From Haliotis rufescens (lineage: Eukaryota), in the NCBI RefSeq assembly GCF_023055435.1, contig NW_025964124.1:186001-250000 (forward strand): a DNA stretch of 64,000 bases, given 5' to 3'. Within the stretch, counting starts at the first letter, position 1, and the number at the start of each line of letters is the position of its first letter. This document shows positions 58,510-64,000 of this stretch, one piece after another. A program made the translations under genes and the position numbers. The notes under the pieces were generated by a model, which did no database searches, was not told where the DNA came from, and saw nothing but the letters and a program-made list of their open reading frames with translations.

Positions 58510-60004
58510 AATACCAGCTAAAAAAAACCTACCATAAGGATTCTTTCTTGAAAGGTATACAACCATTTATAGAGTCAAATTAAAAACTTCACATTTTTTA
58601 AAGTAATCCCATATATGATGTACAACGGACAAATGTATCACAGAAGGTAATTTTTAATCATTTATGTCCAAAGAAGGATTTTAATTAACGTTGGTAACCA
58701 TAATTTGTTCCAAGCACTTACGGTATTCTGTAATAACATCGACAGTTGAAATCATAAGTCCCAAGCACGAGAATCGGATGGCACACATATTCAGTAGCGT
58801 GTTTGGCCACCATGTGCGTTGACAACTGCCACACAACGCCTCCGCATTGACCTTGTGATGCTTGTGAACACATGATTTGGAAGACGCTGTTGTTGCTGCA
58901 AAATGGTGCCAAGATCTTGCAAATTCTGTGGTTAGTTCTGGAGAGTGCGCAGACTTCTGCCAAGAGCATCCCAGAGGTGTTCGATGGGGTTGTGGTCGGG
59001 AGATCTTGACGGCCAGTACATGACGTTGACTTCCGCATTCTGAAGGAAATTCCTTGTCAAAATTGCTGTGTGGGGTCTGGCATTGTCGTGTTGGAAGATC
59101 AAACCGGGTCAATGTGCAGCCATAAAAAGCAGAAGTTCTGGTCGCAGTAAGCAGCAGCGTTGAGGTTGCCACGTATGACAAGAAGCCTGGAACGTGCATT
59201 GCCACAGAAAGCACCCCACACCATGACACTTCCGCCTCGAAATCTGTCAACTTCCCGTACACAACACTAGGCGTAACGTTCATGACGGCGCCTCCACACC
59301 CTCGCCCTACCATCAGCAAATCGAAGACTAAATCAGGATTCATCACTGAAGACGACTTGATTCCAATTCCTCTGAGTCCATCGTAAGTGTCGCTGTGCCC
59401 ACAATTGACGTTGACGTCTGTGTAATTGAGTCAGAATCGGCCCGCAGTATGGCCGTCGTGCTTGAAGGTAAGCAGTTCTCAGACGGTTTCGAACAGTTTG
59501 CGCAGTCTACCACTAAACAGTTCATTTCTGGTTGATGTAGCAGTCAAATATCGGTTATTGAGGTGACGCAAGACAATCTGACGATCCTCTGCATGTGACG
59601 TCACACGTGGTCGACGTGGCCGAGGGCGATCAGCGGTGGTACCCGTTTGCTGTAGACGCGTCTGTAAATCATAAACAGTCCGTCGACTACAACCCATCGT
59701 CCTTCCGACTTCAGCTGCGGACGTGCCAGTCTGCAACATGTCGATGGCACGTTCACGTTGCACATTTGAAAGGCGTGGCAAGACAAATGGCCGTAAAGAC
59801 TCTTGTTTCCTTGTATTTTTCTTTTTTGGTTAATGACTGCTAACAAGTATGGCTGAAAACACATGCGGTATTATGGCCACGTGACCAGTTCCACGTGAAA
59901 AAACACTTTTGCCACTATAGTGCTGTGCACATGATTTTGATCGATTCACCTGCGAGTGTTATCTGAAGACAATACGTGGCCATTACTGTTTAAATACACA
60001 ATAG
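58510..60004 (-). mobile_element. Degenerate Tc1 element (transposase remnant 59781-58791)
   Basis: PRLSNVQRERAIDMLQTGTSAAEVGR...RPRVTSHAEDRQI; FRGGSVMVWG; PDLPTTTPIEHLW-like region; GGQTRY*; left boundary approximate. Confidence 0.88.
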
Positions 60005-60450
60005 TGAGTGAGTGAGTGAGTTAATATTTAAAGTCACATCAACAATTTTCCAGCCAAGTCAATCAATAAATACAGTTATATATTAATACATATAGACATT
60101 AAAATCTGTTGACAAAGGACAGTAAAACCACTAGACTTTCACAGACGTAGATTTAAAACTAGCATAGCATAATGAAATTCATAACAACTCAGAACAGTAC
60201 ACAATAAAAATGGGCTATAGATCACAAATAACCAAAGGTAGGTCACGATACTAGGGACCATGGGGACTTACGGTACATCTGGTTCCTGCATAGTACCCCA
60301 GCAGGATTTACACCATCTCTATGGCTACTGGTGATTGTTAGATATTTTAAGCCAATGTATTTAAAAACAACAAATATTCTGCGATTACAATCCAGGAAAA
60401 TGAAGCATAATTTGAAGGTGGTGGGACTTACGCACCCTCTCACGGGGACA
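60005..60450 (-). mobile_element. 3' end of an I/Nimb-type LINE inserted in the Tc1
   Basis: (GTGA)n tail at 60005 and 3' UTR segment shared with the LINE at 25900-26060. Confidence 0.7.
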
Positions 60451-60452
60451 AT

Positions 60453-60606
60453 TATTATCCCCCGCCACGAATTGGAAGGGGGATATAGGAATGGGTGCCG
60501 TCCGTCCGTCCGGCCGTCCTTCCGTCCGTCCGTCTGTCACACTTCGTTTCTTGAAAACCGTACCTTATTTCTTCACCAAACTTGGCATATAGATAGATCT
60601 ATCATG
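60453..60606 (+). mobile_element. HINE/DINE-1-like (Helentron-associated) 5' fragment
   Basis: TTATCCCCCGCC...GGGGGATATAG short inverted repeat, then (CCGT)n microsatellite and TTCACCAAACTTGG core. Confidence 0.7.
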
Positions 60607-63600
60607 GGATAACATTTATACTAAGTTATCTTATAATAATTAGATCTACATCAAGTGCTTTTATGAGTTATCATGGTGTAATATTTATACATCATTTCAT
60701 ATAATTATAGTTTAGCAAGTAATAATTATCATTAGGTAAAATGCATATATAAAATATCAGTAGTTTCAGTTAAAGCTTTTTTAGATGGTTGCTAGCCTAA
60801 GGTAATGGGAGCGCGTCTTCTAGACATGCTATTCAATAAGACAAGAGTTACGTCTACATAGTTTAATTGATTTGAAGCTTTTAGATAAATGCTAGCCTAA
60901 GGTATCAAGATCCCTTCTCCCAGACAAAGGATATTTATTTATGTATATCTGTCATCACCTACCGGGGTATATTAGAATAACATTACTTCAATTAAGACTC
61001 ATTAAGGATTAGCCCCCACACAAGCTCATCTATAGGGCATTAAGGATTAGCCCCCACACAAGCTCATCTATAGTGACACCCTAATCTCTTTCAAAGCATC
61101 CAGTAAATATGTCAACAAGATTAGTGCCAGTCCAACAGGATAAACAGGATTTAGTATTCCCCTCTGTCTAGCCATCCATTTAGCTTAGGACACAACCAAT
61201 CGTGTATCAACCAATCACATTCCATTTTATTGTTTAAATTTTTGTTAAATACATACTGTAGGCAGGTTTTAAGCAGAGAAGGGGTTTGACTCTCTTACCA
61301 AGCAGACCTCTCTCCCACAGCCCAGAGTGTGTACCGACTCTCTGTGGCACCCTCAGTTATTATCTAAGTATATTGTAAATTGTTAATTGTTCTTGTAAAT
61401 AAAATTGTGATTAGTCTCCTGTGACTCTGGCTCTTTGCTGACTAATTCCCCAAGAAAACCAGCACGTCATTTGGAAGGTATTGTTCACTCAATAACAGCA
61501 CCATGATAATTTGGCGGAGAATCATCCTTTCCGGAACCACGGAGTCCAGGAACTAACTACGACCACCTACAAGAACCCATTGGAGGAGGACATGTCCAAC
61601 CGTGATCATCTGATGGAATAACAAGCAAGCTGCATCTACCTCTGACCTCAACACTGGATTAAAGACAACCAACTCCTCCAAAGACACCAACAAAGGAAGA
61701 AAAAGTCTTCAAATATTGTAGGTACGACATTGTTGATTACTTGTCTTCCTTTAATTTAGTACGGTACATACTAATAGGTGTCATGGCAAATATGGAGTAT
61801 GGTATGGAAAGTAACTTTGAAAGTGAAATTCCAACAGTGTCTTTAGTTACGCCCCTTGCCAAAAGTGTAATTCAGGCAAAATTTGGCACAAAAACAACAA
61901 ATTGTTTGGTAGATACAGGGGCATCCATTTCTTGTATTTCGTCTGCTTTTCTTAGCACAGCTTTTGAAAACCTTACTCTTGGAAATTCACCCTTTCCACA
62001 GGTTAAAGGTGTTGGCGGCGAATTGCATTAAGTGTTAGGTTCAGTTGTGTTAGATTTTGTCATTGAGGATCAGGAATTTTCTCAAAGATTCCACATTCTG
62101 CCTACACTTCCAGAGGCAGTGATACTAGGTGAAAACTTCCTTAATGACAATGATGCAGTCTTAGATTATAGCTGTCATTCCTTGATACTTAACAACAGCA
62201 CCTCAGACAGGCAATATATCAATTTCATAGCCAATTCAGTACAAGAGATTAGTGGATGAGCAAAAACAATAGATCAGATTTACATCCCCCTCAGAGTGAA
62301 ATTCATTTCAAGGTTAGACTATCAGAGACCAAAGAGGACTCCCTCATCCTCATTGAACCCATTGCTTCCCTCATTGCTCATTCTGAAGTAGCAGGTGGTA
62401 GAACTCTTTCCAAAGTGAAAAGCAAAACTGCTACATTTAGGCTTATGAATCCCTCCCAAGAAGAAAAGGTTCTTGACAAGGGTACAGTTGTAGGCAAATT
62501 TAGTTACATTGAACAAGACTCTGTTTATGAAATTGACTCTGACCAACCATTCATCAGTACCGTTCACACCACTGAGAAGAGAGACAATGACACCAGGGAT
62601 TATGTTAAAATTGCACAAGAATTAGGATTTGATTTGACCAATACACAACTGACTCCAGACCAACGACACAGACTACTTAGATTTTTGGGACAAAATAGAA
62701 ACATGTTTTCAACGAGTCTTGCAGATTTAGGTAAGACTGACATGCACCAACATATCATTGACACTGGCAACCACCAACCTGTTAAGAGTAGACCATATCG
62801 TCAATCTCCTCATCTCCAAAAAGTCACTGAAGAACTTATAGATGATTTTCTGAAGTATGATTTGATCGAGGAATCTACTTCTATGTATTCAGCTCCAATT
62901 ATCCTGGTCAAAAAACGCGATGGCTCATATAGATTTGTTTGTGACTACAGAAAGTTGAATTCTGTCACTTTACCAATGTCTTGGCCTCTTCCTGTTTTTG
63001 ATGATGTTATTGATAACATCGCCAATGCACATGCTAAGATCTTCTCAACTTTAGACCTTGCTAATGGCTTCTTCCAAGTGCCATTACATGAAGATTCAAA
63101 GCATAAAACTGCTTTCGTCACCCATCAAGGCCTTTATCAATTCAAACGATTGCCCCAAGGTTTGACAAATTCTCCACTTTGTTTTCAACAGCTCATGAGC
63201 AAAGTGCTACGAAAATTGCTATTTAAGGTTGCGCTGATCTACATTGATGATTTGATAATTTACAGCAAAAACTTTGAAGAGCATCTCCAACATTTGGAGC
63301 AAGTATTTTACTATCTGAAACAGGCAAAATTAACACTAAAGCCATCCAAATGCAATTTTGCAACGGACAACGTTTCTTTTCTGGGTCATGTTTTATCATG
63401 TGGAGGTGTTCAAGTTGATGACAAAAAGATTGAAGCAATTAGAACCTTTCCAGTGCCCAAGTCACAAAAGCAGATTCGCTCCTGCTTAGGTCTCACGAAC
63501 TTCTACAGGAAGTATGTGAAAAATTACGCTCACATAGCGCTTCCACTGAATGCCTTGCTAAAGAAGCATTCGGAGGCAGAACTAGGAAAGAAACCAAAGT

Positions 63601-64000
63601 TCCTTATGGTCACTTGAGTGTGATCAGGCATTCAACACACTCAAACATGCTATGAGTAATACACCTGTTCTGGCGTATCCAAATTTTGACAAAGAACTTC
63701 TTCTTGCAACTGATGCCAGTGATATGAGCATAGGTTTTGTTTTGAGTCAAAAAGATGAGAAAAATAATGAACATCCAATAGCTTTTGGTGGTAGAGCTCT
63801 TCATGGCAGCGAAAAGAACTGGAGCATTACAGAAAAGGAAGGCTTAGCCCTAGTTGAAGCAATTCGATCCTTTCGTCCATACCTTGCAAATTCATAATTC
63901 ACAATCTACACTGATCATATAGCATTGAAGTGGCTGAAATCCATCAAAAGATGCCACAGGTGGGTTAGGACGATGGTCTTTGGAACTTTCTACCTACACT
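60607..64000 (+). mobile_element. Ty3/Gypsy LTR retrotransposon (5' LTR ~60607-61510, PBS 61512-61523, pol), runs off the window
   Basis: LTR-like region with AATAAA and a 39-bp internal duplication (~61000-61074); PBS-like TGGCGGAGAATC (near complement of a tRNA-Ala 3' end); PR-RT-RH order; LTR start uncertain. Confidence 0.9.
61783..64000 (+). pseudogene. pol: Gypsy pol polyprotein (protease, RT, RNase H), disrupted
   Basis: CLVDTGASISC (aspartic protease), YRFVCDYRKLN, LDLANGFFQV, YIDD, LATDASD; stops at 62029 and 63895, frameshifts near 62256 and 63600. Confidence 0.93.

Larger units (their letters stand above)
41943..60004. repeat. Segmental duplication, copy B (partner 1-15105)
   Basis: See copy A; alignment stops at 60004 only because nested insertions run to the window end. 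Confidence 0.97.

Overview
Eukaryotic, AT-rich, repeat-dense genomic DNA; the SINE families with (ACTC)n tails suggest a mollusc such as abalone (inference). The window is dominated by a large direct duplication: 1-~15,100 is repeated from 41,943 to ~60,004, and neither outer end is resolved. Each copy carries an intact, phase-consistent multi-exon minus-strand gene that the ORF track shows only in pieces (copy A 13181-4477, 14 coding exons, ~1084 aa; copy B 57299-51081, 9 coding exons, ~915 aa). The predicted protein has an N-terminal alpha/beta (putatively TIR-like) domain, 41 tandem 14-aa repeats, short helical modules and a KKKK(W/L)WEWP(F/L)WK tail. The paralogues use different repeat units yet have the same unit count, and they differ by a cluster of amino-acid-changing substitutions in one loop. 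Head-to-head with copy A is a frameshifted IFI44-like P-loop GTPase gene with a long coiled-coil repeat exon (19380-23641). The remainder is transposable elements: several Tc1 copies, non-LTR retrotransposons, four SINE families, a 4.6-kb CCCAG-terminated EnSpm-like insertion with spliced-looking cargo, a 1-kb element containing an internal complement of its own circle junction, a HINE-like fragment and a Ty3/Gypsy element with no gag upstream of pol. All exon models and family names come from manual reading, with no database searches.
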